NCBI GenBank assembly: GCA_963804995.1
Contig: CAWDSK010000009.1
Location: forward strand, 32,001-96,000
Direction: 5' to 3'
Length of the DNA: 64,000 nt
DNA from: an uncultured Acidobacteriota bacterium
GTDB taxonomy: Bacteria; Acidobacteriota; Terriglobia; UBA7540
Shown one piece after another: positions 41,342 through 50,307 of this stretch. The notes under the pieces were generated by a model that saw only the letters and a program-made list of their open reading frames with translations, made no database searches and was not told the origin of the DNA. A program made the translations under genes and the position numbers. Position 1 is the stretch's first letter. Each line of letters opens with the position of its first letter.

Positions 41342-42646
41342 TCACGCCGCGGCCTTCGTGGGCGTGTGGGAGCCCAGCCGCGCCAGTACGTACGGTCCTT
41401 CGGGAATGACGGCGACGCGCGCGTTTCTTTCCAGCGCCGCGGCAAGCGCCGCGACAGCTTCTTCAGCGCTTGGAAAGACCTTCCCCCAGACGCCGGAGTG
41501 GAATTCGCGCGGCAGGCCGGGCACGTAATAGAGAACTTCCGCGCGGGTAGTGACCAGGGCAAGCTTCTCGAGTTGCCACTGGTCCACAGTCACTGGCACA
41601 CCCTCAATCTTCTTCATGAAGGCGCGATCAGAGGAACCCTCTATAAGCATCCGCGCGAACTCAGGCCCGCCTACACCTTCCTCACACGCGGCAAGCAGCA
41701 GGATTTTTCCGCCCGGTTTCACAATATGTGACGCCGCCGTAATGCCTTTTACTGCCTGGTAGAAGGTCAAATCGAGGGGATACCCGGCCGCAGTGGTGAT
41801 CACCGCATCCACAGGTTTGTCGAACGTCTTGAGGATGACGCGCGAGACGAACTCAACCCCCCGCTGGTGCGCGGCGACGGGTTCGCCCGCAAAAACGCCG
41901 GCGATGGGGCGCCGCGGAGTCCCGCGGCCCAGGGCCACATCCACCAGAAAATCGTGGCGCGCGAGGCGGGAGATCTCCAGGAGCTCCTGATGCAGCGGGT
42001 TTTCTTCGATGGAGCCTTCCGCGGCGCGCGGGTCGCGCATGAAGCGGGGACTGTGCAGGACCTTGATGGTTTCTTGCGCGGCCAGGCCCGGGGCAATCAG
42101 CTTGCGCCCGCCGGAATAACCCAGCATTAAGTGCGGTTCGATGAATCCCAAAGTAATGTGGAGGTCTGCGGACATGAAGCGCTCATCGATGTAGACGGGC
42201 GTCCCCCCCGCCGTTTTTCCCAGGGAGCGATGCTCGGAGAGTTCGCGCGCGTGGTGATTCAGCACCCGGTAGCGGGCCGCGGTTTCCGGGCCACAAATCT
42301 CGCGAATCTCCGCCTCGCTGGCCGGCCGGTGGAGCCCCGTAGCGATCAGGATCGTGATGCTCTCGCGTGGAATGCCCGCTGCTTCGAGGCGAGCCAGCAC
42401 GGGAGGAAGCACCTCACGGTTCGGAGCCGGCCGCGTGATATCGCAAACGGAGATGGCGGCTGAGCGCTTACCGCGCGCCAACTCCAGGAGCGGCGGGGAG
42501 GCAATGGGCGCATCCAACGCCTTCTCGAGTGCGCCGGGGGCATCCTTAAGCGGGACAGCCGACCGCGCTTCCAGCACACGGTACTCGAACCCGTCCGGCA
42601 GGTCTAAGGTCAAACCCGATCGTCCAAAAGCGAAGTTTATGTTCAT
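41342..42646 (-). CDS. larA: Nickel-dependent lactate racemase (LarA) family protein
   Basis: CDITRP, IATGLHR, EPHLMLGYSGGRK, GYPLD.TFYQAVKG, DQWQ, IPEG. Confidence 0.88.
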   Translation of the reverse strand: MNINFAFGRSGLTLDLPDGFEYRVLEARSAVPLKDAPGALEKALDAPIASPPLLELARGKRSAAISVCDITRPAPNREVLPPVLARLEAAGIPRESITILIATGLHRPASEAEIREICGPETAARYRVLNHHARELSEHRSLGKTAGGTPVYIDERFMSADLHITLGFIEPHLMLGYSGGRKLIAPGLAAQETIKVLHSPRFMRDPRAAEGSIEENPLHQELLEISRLARHDFLVDVALGRGTPRRPIAGVFAGEPVAAHQRGVEFVSRVILKTFDKPVDAVITTAAGYPLDLTFYQAVKGITAASHIVKPGGKILLLAACEEGVGGPEFARMLIEGSSDRAFMKKIEGVPVTVDQWQLEKLALVTTRAEVLYYVPGLPREFHSGVWGKVFPSAEEAVAALAAALERNARVAVIPEGPYVLARLGSHTPTKAAA

Positions 42647-42859
42647 GATGCCATTGTATCGCGAAGGACCGTTTGCTGCCCGGCAAGTAGGAGATTAAGG
42701 CCCTCACTTTTCCCAATCACCCTGGGGGGCAGTGGACTCGCCAAGGTCGCAGGGTTGGTTGAGAGGATTTCAGGTTTCGTGTATAATGGCGTTCCTCTAT
42801 CGACATCACTCTGGCGGGTTCTGGTGATGCGCGAGGCAAATCACCCCGAGGAGACTTTC

Positions 42860-44269
42860 ATGCGCCGAATCGCCGTAATCCTGGTGGGCTTGGTTCTTGC
42901 CACAGCAGTCTTGCCCCTAGCTCCGAAAGGTTCGCAACCCGATCCGCGTTTAAAGGGAGCCTTTCGCAAGCCCGCGCAGAATGGCTGGACGTTGGTGCAC
43001 CTCGAGGGGACGCCGTCCGAAATCGGGTTCCAACACGGATACCTGCTGGCTAAGGAGATTCTCGACGCGGAAAAGGTCATTGCCCTTGAGCAGATTCATG
43101 ACAGCAACAAGGATTGGAAGTTTTTCCGTGATGCTGCCAAGAACATGATGTGGCCCCACATCGAACCGGAGTATCGAGAGGAGCTGGAAGGCATTGTCGC
43201 TGGCCTGAAAGCCCAAGGTGTAAACCTGGACGTGTGGGATGTGGTGGGGCTGAATGCGGCGATGGAATGGCCCTACTACGTGAAAGAGTATGACAAGCAA
43301 CACGCCGCTTCCCCCTCCTCGTTTCTGACCGTGCCGGAGCATTGCAGCGCCTTTGTCGCCACGGGTAGTTACACGAAGGATGGAAAGGTCATCATCGCGC
43401 ACAACAACTGGACGAGCTACCTGGAGGGCGCCCGCTGGACCTTCATCTTTGACGTCGCTCCCGGCAAGGGCAATCGCTTCCTGATGGACGCCCTGCCCGG
43501 CTTCATTCATAGCGGTGATGATTTTGGGATTAACTCTGCGGGAATAATGATTACGGAGACTACCATCACTCATTTTTCGGGCTACGACCCCAAGGGCATC
43601 CCAGAGTTCGTCCGAGCCCGCAAGGCTATGCAATACTCCTCTTCGATTGATGACTTCGCGCAAATTATGAAGGAAGGCAATAACGGTGGATACGCCAACA
43701 CCTGGCTGGTGGCAGACCGGAAAACCAATGAAATTGCCAGCCTCGAATTGGGACTCAAGAACGTGACTCTGCTCCGCAAGAAAGACGGTTATTTTGTGGG
43801 CTCAAATTTCCCCGCCAACCCGAAACTCATTCAAGAGGAAACGAATTTTGATCCGCAAGACCTGCAACAAAGCTGCCTTGCCCGCCACGTGCGCTGGGAC
43901 CAGTTGATGGCCGAGTACAAGGGAAAGATTGATGTCGCCGCGGCCGAACGCTTCCTGGCAGACCACTATGACACCTTCGACAAGAAAGAGGAGCCGGACG
44001 AGCGCACCCTCGACGGCCACGTCGATCTCTCATCACGTGGCCAGGTTGGGTGGCAGCCGCCCTATGGAACAGCCGGGGCGGTTCAAAACAAGGTCGCGGA
44101 CGCAGCCATGGCCGAACACATGTCCATTAGCGTCGCAGCGGGCCACGCCTGCGGCCTCAATTTCAAAGCCGCCGAGCACCTCGCGAAACATCCCGAATAT
44201 TCGTGGGAGAAGTCCTTGCTGCGCGACATGGATGCATATCCCTGGACGACGTTTTCCATCGCCCATTAA
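42860..44269 (+). CDS. Secreted Ntn-hydrolase (C45 peptidase / phospholipase B-like)
   Basis: Signal peptide, GFQHGYLL, HCSAF (N-terminal Cys nucleophile), HSGDDF, NNGGYAN.W. Confidence 0.85.
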   Translation: MRRIAVILVGLVLATAVLPLAPKGSQPDPRLKGAFRKPAQNGWTLVHLEGTPSEIGFQHGYLLAKEILDAEKVIALEQIHDSNKDWKFFRDAAKNMMWPHIEPEYREELEGIVAGLKAQGVNLDVWDVVGLNAAMEWPYYVKEYDKQHAASPSSFLTVPEHCSAFVATGSYTKDGKVIIAHNNWTSYLEGARWTFIFDVAPGKGNRFLMDALPGFIHSGDDFGINSAGIMITETTITHFSGYDPKGIPEFVRARKAMQYSSSIDDFAQIMKEGNNGGYANTWLVADRKTNEIASLELGLKNVTLLRKKDGYFVGSNFPANPKLIQEETNFDPQDLQQSCLARHVRWDQLMAEYKGKIDVAAAERFLADHYDTFDKKEEPDERTLDGHVDLSSRGQVGWQPPYGTAGAVQNKVADAAMAEHMSISVAAGHACGLNFKAAEHLAKHPEYSWEKSLLRDMDAYPWTTFSIAH

Positions 44270-44365
44270 CAGGGGCAACTGCCCCTTTTTCCCAAACTCC
44301 TGCCCACCTTAGACCCTATCTATCGGGGTGCCCTGTGGTTGGAACGGCCTGCAGGTGATCAAGTT

Positions 44366-45220
44366 TTAGTGTACGGGTTCGGCGATCTCGGGAGAGTGGT
44401 CTGTAACCCGGGCAGGCTGCGTCATGCGATAGAGGTGGTTCAGAGGAAGGTTACCCGGTCCGACCGGGAAGGCCTTGCGGATTGCTTCGGCGACAAATGC
44501 CTTGGCCAGCACCACGGCATCGCGCAATTGGCGCCCCAGGGCGAGGTTTGCTGCCACAGCGGAAGAAAACGTGCATCCCGTTCCATGCGTGTTATCTGGC
44601 TTGATGCGGTCGCCCACAAACGACTCCATCTCGGTGCCATCGAAAAAGACATCGATAGCTTTCTCGAGATGCCCGCCAGTCACCACCACGGCGCGCGCAC
44701 CCATTTCGACCAGTTTGCGCGCTGCAGCCTTCATGCCATCCAGATTATCGACCTGCAGGTCTGTGAGGGCGGCGGCTTCATCCAGATTGGGCGTTACCAG
44801 CGAAACGCGGGAAAGCAGTTTTCGCCGGAGGAACTCCAGGCCCGCCGCATCCAGCAACTCGACTTCATTCCGAGAACGCACGATCGGATCGAGCACGGCA
44901 GGTAGGGTGGGATTGGCGTCAAGAACCTCGCGCACGACTTCGGCCATGGCCGCGTTATAGAGCATGCCGATTTTAAGTGCCTTCACTCGCCCGTCAGCCA
45001 GAAGGGATTGAATCGACTCCCGTAGAACCTTCGGCCCCACGGGGTGGACCGCCGCCACTCCCTGGCTATTCTGAACCGTCAAAGCAGTGATCGCGGCCAC
45101 GCCGTAACAATTGTGGGCGGCGAAGGTTTTGAGGTCCGCGGCGATTCCGGCGCCGGCCGAGGGATCAAATCCGGCGACACTAAGCACTACCGGCCACGCT
45201 GCGTTAAGCGGTTGATTCAT
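44366..45220 (-). CDS. thiD: Hydroxymethylpyrimidine/phosphomethylpyrimidine kinase
   Basis: AGFDPSAGAGIAADLKT, TVQN, KIGML, TPNLDEA, HGTGCTFSS. Confidence 0.93.
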   Translation of the reverse strand: MNQPLNAAWPVVLSVAGFDPSAGAGIAADLKTFAAHNCYGVAAITALTVQNSQGVAAVHPVGPKVLRESIQSLLADGRVKALKIGMLYNAAMAEVVREVLDANPTLPAVLDPIVRSRNEVELLDAAGLEFLRRKLLSRVSLVTPNLDEAAALTDLQVDNLDGMKAAARKLVEMGARAVVVTGGHLEKAIDVFFDGTEMESFVGDRIKPDNTHGTGCTFSSAVAANLALGRQLRDAVVLAKAFVAEAIRKAFPVGPGNLPLNHLYRMTQPARVTDHSPEIAEPVH

Positions 45221-45329
45221 TTCCTTCGTATTTTCCTCTGGCCTGGAGCGAAACTTTCCTCGATTATAGGGGCGCCCGCCTGGTTGTCAACAGTGAATTC
45301 CGGACTCTCCCACCAATGTTACAGGCGTG

Positions 45330-46385
45330 TTACCGGCCATTTCCTTCGACATTCATTTCAGTGTCGGATTGGATTTCGAGTTTAGCCGGCTGCGCGGTGA
45401 GTAGAGGAAGCCCTGACTTCCCCTCCAAGTGCGCGTTAAGTGTCTGGTGCAGCGTTGAGTGATTCTGAAGCACCCTGCCATCATCGAGCGCCACCAGAAC
45501 TCGTCCTTTCCCCTGACCCTTGATCTGAATTTCGAGATGCATTCCCATGGCTTCCAATTGTGGAAGTGCTCCACCCCGGCGCATGCCCGCCAGGGCAGGA
45601 GTGAGCGAATTCTCAAAGTGATACTCCACAATACCCGCCTTCACGCCCTGGTACCGGGTCTTACCGGAAAAGCGCAAGACACTTGTTCCTTGCACCTGGA
45701 ACGGGTAATCCTCCCGGGGGTCGGAGTCGAGCTTCTGGATCCACTCTTCGCCTCGTTTCACGGGGTGGGCAGGATAAAGCGCCTGACCTCCCATCTGCTC
45801 CAGAAAGAGCCTCAGCATCTGGTGGAGGGGTTCTCGAAGTGGGGGATCAAGTTGCTGCAAGAGATCGTCGGCGCCTTCGAACCCCGCAAGCTGGCCCTTG
45901 GAGTCGTAGTGAACCGTCAGCATGTGCCCGGACATCTGCTGGGCAAACTCCTCCTGGGCTTGCTTCGCAGAATTTCGCAACTCTTCCGGGAGGGCCGCAA
46001 GGTCGCTCTGCAATTCAAACCGATCAAAGCGTTGCTGCAAATCCGCGGCGCCATCCGCATGCACGGCAGCGACCGTGACGGTATTCTGCTGGCGCATCGT
46101 TAAGTCCGCGGGGACGGGTGGGAAAAAGTTTTTCAAGGCCGGTGGATTGGAATCGATTTGCGCACGGGTGCGGACTTCCGTGGCGTAGACCATGCTCTGC
46201 CCGGCGCGATATTGGCGAGCCAGCTTGACCTTGCCTCCCCAACCCAGCGCCGCAGAGCCATGGGCAAGGACCCCCAGCACAAGGGCAGCCACCACCAGGC
46301 GCCCGGGAAGACACAGAGGTTTCCGCAGCGGCTGAAAGGGGGACGAAAAGACTTGAGCCCTCACCCGCGCATCAAGAAGCAACAT
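45330..46385 (-). CDS. Hypothetical membrane-anchored/exported protein
   Basis: Long ORF with N-terminal hydrophobic segment and beta-rich body (PVKRGEEW); overlaps the YHS gene end; start uncertain. Confidence 0.65.
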   Translation of the reverse strand: MLLLDARVRAQVFSSPFQPLRKPLCLPGRLVVAALVLGVLAHGSAALGWGGKVKLARQYRAGQSMVYATEVRTRAQIDSNPPALKNFFPPVPADLTMRQQNTVTVAAVHADGAADLQQRFDRFELQSDLAALPEELRNSAKQAQEEFAQQMSGHMLTVHYDSKGQLAGFEGADDLLQQLDPPLREPLHQMLRLFLEQMGGQALYPAHPVKRGEEWIQKLDSDPREDYPFQVQGTSVLRFSGKTRYQGVKAGIVEYHFENSLTPALAGMRRGGALPQLEAMGMHLEIQIKGQGKGRVLVALDDGRVLQNHSTLHQTLNAHLEGKSGLPLLTAQPAKLEIQSDTEMNVEGNGR

Positions 46386-46677
46386 GGGCTGGATCCTTTT
46401 GGTATTGTTCCAAACACTCGCGCGAACAAAAGTGAAGCGTTTCCGAGCCCCGCATGAGTTGGTGGGAAAGTTCGGTGGAAACAAAGATGCCACAAACCGG
46501 GTCGCGCGCCGTGGCACTACGGTGAGCAACCGCGGGTTGGCGCGGTTGTGCCCTGACTCCTGAGGAGCCCACGTGGATCCGGGTAGAACTGAATGCGGAT
46601 CGAATGCTCCGGAACATGGCCTTGAGGAAGAGCACCAGGGCGATAAGCTCAAGAGCGTCCATCAGAAAACTTCCCAT
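46372..46677 (-). CDS. Membrane-anchored YHS domain protein
   Basis: RDPVCG...LHFCSRECLEQY. Confidence 0.82.
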   Translation of the reverse strand: MGSFLMDALELIALVLFLKAMFRSIRSAFSSTRIHVGSSGVRAQPRQPAVAHRSATARDPVCGIFVSTELSHQLMRGSETLHFCSRECLEQYQKDPAHVAS

Positions 46678-46719
46678 AAGGGGTCAGACGGCCTTTCAAG
46701 CCGGGGAGATGCCTGTGAT

Positions 46720-47364
46720 TTAGCGCTGCGGTCCCGCGCCACTGGAGGTGCGGGCCGCGTCAAGCTTCTCTTTCAAACCTGCAAGGGCAGGATGATTGGG
46801 ATTCAATTTGTGCAATTCATCCCAGGCTTTTTGCGCTGCGGCGACATCGTGCGTGCCATCCAGGTTTACGACGATGGTGTTGAGCAGGGTAGGTTCGTGC
46901 TTCGGATCAATCTTCAGCGACTTGCGGTATTCCTGCAAGGCATCCTGGGGCCGCCCGGTGTAGAAAAACGCCGTACCTAAATCCGTCCGTGCGTTTACGT
47001 TGTTCGGTTCGAGCTCCAAAGCACGCTCATACCACTCGATGCTCTGTGTGTATTGCCTTTGATCATACAAAAAGTTGGCGAGCTTCAGGCGGATTTCAGC
47101 GTCCTTAGGATTCTGTGCTGCCATTTCCTGCATCTGTTTGATGACCGCCCCGCTATCGATAGGGGGATGGCCTTCCGGCAAGCTCTGCGCATTCGGCCCC
47201 CCCATGGGCGGAGGGTTCGTGCCGGCAGGGGGCATACCCGGAGCCATGCCGGTTTGCGCCGGCTTTTGGCGGGCGTTCCAGTTCATTTGGTCGTTGGTGA
47301 TATAGCCCGCCAGAAAACCCACCGCCAAAAAGATTACCGCCGTTGCAATCGTTTCCTTTTTCAT
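46720..47364 (-). CDS. Membrane-anchored TPR protein
   Basis: N-terminal TM segment, LPEGHPPI, LANFLYD, ARTDLG TPRs. Confidence 0.85.
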   Translation of the reverse strand: MKKETIATAVIFLAVGFLAGYITNDQMNWNARQKPAQTGMAPGMPPAGTNPPPMGGPNAQSLPEGHPPIDSGAVIKQMQEMAAQNPKDAEIRLKLANFLYDQRQYTQSIEWYERALELEPNNVNARTDLGTAFFYTGRPQDALQEYRKSLKIDPKHEPTLLNTIVVNLDGTHDVAAAQKAWDELHKLNPNHPALAGLKEKLDAARTSSGAGPQR

Positions 47365-47525
47365 TGGCCCCTCTCCCCTGGATAGAGGGAAAGTCTAATG
47401 GACTCATGCAGGAGCGTCAAGTTAATCGGGTCATTTGGCCATCGGGTTATCGAGCCATTGAAAAAATCGGGGCATTTGAAATTGATCAAGGAATCCCTGA
47501 TCTGATGGCCAGATCGCTCAATGAC

Positions 47526-48011
47526 TCAAGGGCCCGATGATCCGATCTTCTTGGGCTTCCACTGCTCGAAGAAACCTCTGATGCTCTCGTAGCTCATATG
47601 ACGGGCGTCGGCGAATTGGCCTTGGTCCATCGCATAGAGGAGGCGCCCACTTGAATCCAACACAGCCAGGGCGGGGACACCGTGTTTGACGGGGACATGG
47701 TATTTCTCCGCCAGGTCCAGGTTCTTATCGTAGCGACCCACGTCTACCTTCACGATGACGAACTTCTCTTCGAGGAGGGAAGCCAACTCAGCTTTATGCA
47801 TATGCGCATCCAGCGCATAACAATCTGGTCACCAGTTGGCGCCGAAGATGAGCACGACATTTTTCCTGCTCTTCGCCGCTTTCGCAATTGCCATCGAGAC
47901 GTCGCGCTGCGCATCCGCCTTCTCGTCATACAGCGCTTCGGTGGCCCCCTTTAGCGCGCCGCTGAAGACCAGCATAGCCAGGATCGGAAGTCCATACCTT
48001 TTGGCATTCAT
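47526..48011 (-). CDS. Exported thioredoxin-family selenoprotein (UPDC active site; in-frame TGA at 47829-47831)
   Basis: ORFs 47829-48035 and 47526-47801 are in frame; readthrough gives VVLIFGANW-U-PDCYALD..., VKVDVG, GVPAL cis-Pro loop; SECIS-like hairpin follows. Confidence 0.8.
47801..47819 (-). promoter_or_regulatory. Bacterial SECIS-like hairpin
   Basis: mRNA UAUGCGC-UGGAU-GCGCAUA: perfect 7-bp stem, loop begins 16 nt after UGA, G at loop position 2. Confidence 0.7.
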
Positions 48012-48241
48012 CCGCGTTCCTCCGCCCTCCATCATATCGCAAGTTTTTCAAAATTCGATGCGGCCGTCGGTGCTGTCCTAATTTCAAACGTAGCGCCGGC
48101 TTCCAGCCGGCATGGAGCCCCGATGAATCGGGGCGCTACGTTCAAATTAGACAGCACCCGGCTGTCGCTCGCTACCCACCGGCGGAGCGGCTGTGATAGC
48201 ATCAGCATACAGGATGAGATAGAAAGGAAGCTGAATCTCCG

Positions 48242-49195
48242 ATGGAATACACCGGACAGGCGGCATCCCGGTTCCACTTTGCCGACATCCTTTACGAGAA
48301 GAAGGATGGCATTGCGCGCATCACGCTGAATCGTGCGGAAGTGTATAACGCCCACTCCTCCGACACCCTCCGCGAGATGACGGAGGCCTTTCACGATGTG
48401 GAGCTGGACGATTCTGTGGGGGTCGTGGTTCTAACGGGCGCCGGCGACAAGGCATTTTGCGCCGGAAGCGACGCCCAGGAATTTTCCCGGGAGTTCCTGC
48501 AACGTCCGCGCAACTTTTGGAAGTATCAGGGATTACTTTCGGAAGCTCTGGATCTGTTTCGCCACTTGGGCAAGCCGACCATCGCGCGCCTGAACGGTGT
48601 GGTGGCGGGCGGCGGAAACGACTGGAATCTGGCTGCAGACCTGGCGATTGCGGCCGACCATGTGCGCTTCATGCAGGTGGGGACGCGCGTCGGGCTGGTG
48701 GACGCCTGGGGAGCCACCCAGTGGCTGCCGCTGGTCATCGGCGAGCGGCGGGCGCGGGAGATGCTTCTGACCTGCGATGAAATCACCGCGGAGCAGGCGC
48801 TCAATTGGGGGCTGGTCAATCAAGTTGTCCCCCTGAAGCAGCTCGACAAAGCGGTGCAGGCTTTGGCCAAGAAGTTGATCCAGAAGTTCCCCGAATGCAC
48901 GCGCTACACGCGCCAGCAGTTGGACACCTGGAAGGATCTGGCGTGGACGCTCACCACGGGCCACGCCCGAGATTGGCTGGCCGTTCACGCCACTTCCCGG
49001 GAGCCTTATGAGGGAATCCAGGCTTTCATCGAAAAGCGCCCTGCTGACACCAAGAACCTTCGGGACCTGGCGGCGGCGGGAAAATCCAGCGAATTCCTTT
49101 GGGGCGCCCCCACGCGGAAGTGCTCGGAGTGCGGGGCCAAGGGTATTCCTGAAAAGTTTGACTATTGCGGCAAATGCGGCGGTAAACTGAAGTAA
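48242..49195 (+). CDS. Crotonase-family ring-opening hydrolase (Oah/BamA- or MenB-like) with C-terminal zinc ribbon
   Basis: ARITLNR, GAGDKAFCAG, LNGVVAGGGN, GATQWLPL.IG.RRAREM, CSECG..CGKCG. Confidence 0.8.
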   Translation: MEYTGQAASRFHFADILYEKKDGIARITLNRAEVYNAHSSDTLREMTEAFHDVELDDSVGVVVLTGAGDKAFCAGSDAQEFSREFLQRPRNFWKYQGLLSEALDLFRHLGKPTIARLNGVVAGGGNDWNLAADLAIAADHVRFMQVGTRVGLVDAWGATQWLPLVIGERRAREMLLTCDEITAEQALNWGLVNQVVPLKQLDKAVQALAKKLIQKFPECTRYTRQQLDTWKDLAWTLTTGHARDWLAVHATSREPYEGIQAFIEKRPADTKNLRDLAAAGKSSEFLWGAPTRKCSECGAKGIPEKFDYCGKCGGKLK

Positions 49196-49197
49196 AG

Positions 49198-49350
49198 TCG
49201 GGACACGGGTTACGGGACACGGGTTACGGGATACGGGTTTAGGGATCAGGAATTCAGGATTCGGGTGAAGGTCCGATTCCTGCACTGCCATCGATCCCGT
49301 GTAAGCCTACAAATCGGTCGCTAACCCGTATCCCGTGTCCCGTATTCTGA
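49198..49350. repeat. Inverted heptamer array
   Basis: (CGGGACA/CGGGTTA)n ... (ACCCGTA/TCCCGTG)n. Confidence 0.75.
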
Positions 49351-49363
49351 ATTGGAGGACGCC

Positions 49364-50194
49364 ATGGCGGACGACCCAGTTGTAGAAAACCTCGAGGGAG
49401 CGAGAATACCGGCGAAGAAAGAATTCAAATTCATCCGCTGGGATGACTCGGGGATAGTGGCGCACCTCACCCTGAATCGGCCCAAGCAAAACATCATGAA
49501 CCTTGAGATGGTCCAGGAAATCGGGATCGCCATTGAAAGCCTCTCCTTCCGCGAGGACGTCCGCATGATCCTCCTGGACGCCGCGCCGGAGTGTGAGGGC
49601 TACTTCTCCCTGGGAGTGGGTGCGGAGGGGTACACCTCGCAGTTGGTCTTTCAGATGATGGACGCATTCCACGGCGTCTTTCGCATTATGAATGAACTAT
49701 CCAAACCCGTGCTCGCCGTCGTGGATGGGGTGGCCTCTGGCGCCGGCGCGGAGTTGGCGACCTTCTGCGACCTGGTGGTTGCCTCCGAGATTGCGCAGTT
49801 TCGCCAGCCTGAAATCAAGCTGGGAGTGTTTCCGCCCATGGGCGCGGTGGTTTACCCGCGCGTCATTGGGCCGCATCGTGCCATGGAACTACTCCTTACC
49901 GGAGAGCCCATCACCGCATCGCAAGCACTCCATATGGGTTTGGTCAATCGCGTAGTGCCGCGCAAGAAACTGAAGGAAACCGTCGATGCCCTGGTAAAGC
50001 GTATCTCCGCTCAAAGCGGTCCGGTGCTAACCTTGCTCAAGCGCGTAATTTTCGAAGGCACGTGGCGGACCTTTGATGAGGCGCTCAAGCGATCTCAGAA
50101 CCTCTACTTGAACCAGTTGTTTGATCTTGAGGATTCCAAGGAAGGCCTGCTGGCACTCGTCCAGAAGCGCAAGCCTGTCTGGAAGAATAAATAG
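49364..50194 (+). CDS. Enoyl-CoA hydratase family (Dch/BadK-like)
   Basis: LTLNRP..N, GAGAELA, QPEIKLGVFPP, LYLNQL...EDSKEG; GGAGG SD. Confidence 0.85.
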   Translation: MADDPVVENLEGARIPAKKEFKFIRWDDSGIVAHLTLNRPKQNIMNLEMVQEIGIAIESLSFREDVRMILLDAAPECEGYFSLGVGAEGYTSQLVFQMMDAFHGVFRIMNELSKPVLAVVDGVASGAGAELATFCDLVVASEIAQFRQPEIKLGVFPPMGAVVYPRVIGPHRAMELLLTGEPITASQALHMGLVNRVVPRKKLKETVDALVKRISAQSGPVLTLLKRVIFEGTWRTFDEALKRSQNLYLNQLFDLEDSKEGLLALVQKRKPVWKNK

Positions 50195-50307
50195 GGCAGT
50201 TACGAGGAACCGAAAACCGATATTCGAAATGCGAAACTCGCAGCGGTTGTCGAGCTTCGAGTTTCAAATTGCGGCCTTTGCCGGCTTGTCACTCCTCACG
50301 AGGGCCG

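Noticed and set aside
45221..45330. TPP riboswitch upstream of thiD
   Set aside because: No conserved GCUGAGA/ACCUG core found
46386..46652. N-terminal extension of the 440-aa ORF
   Set aside because: Overlaps the YHS gene in another frame
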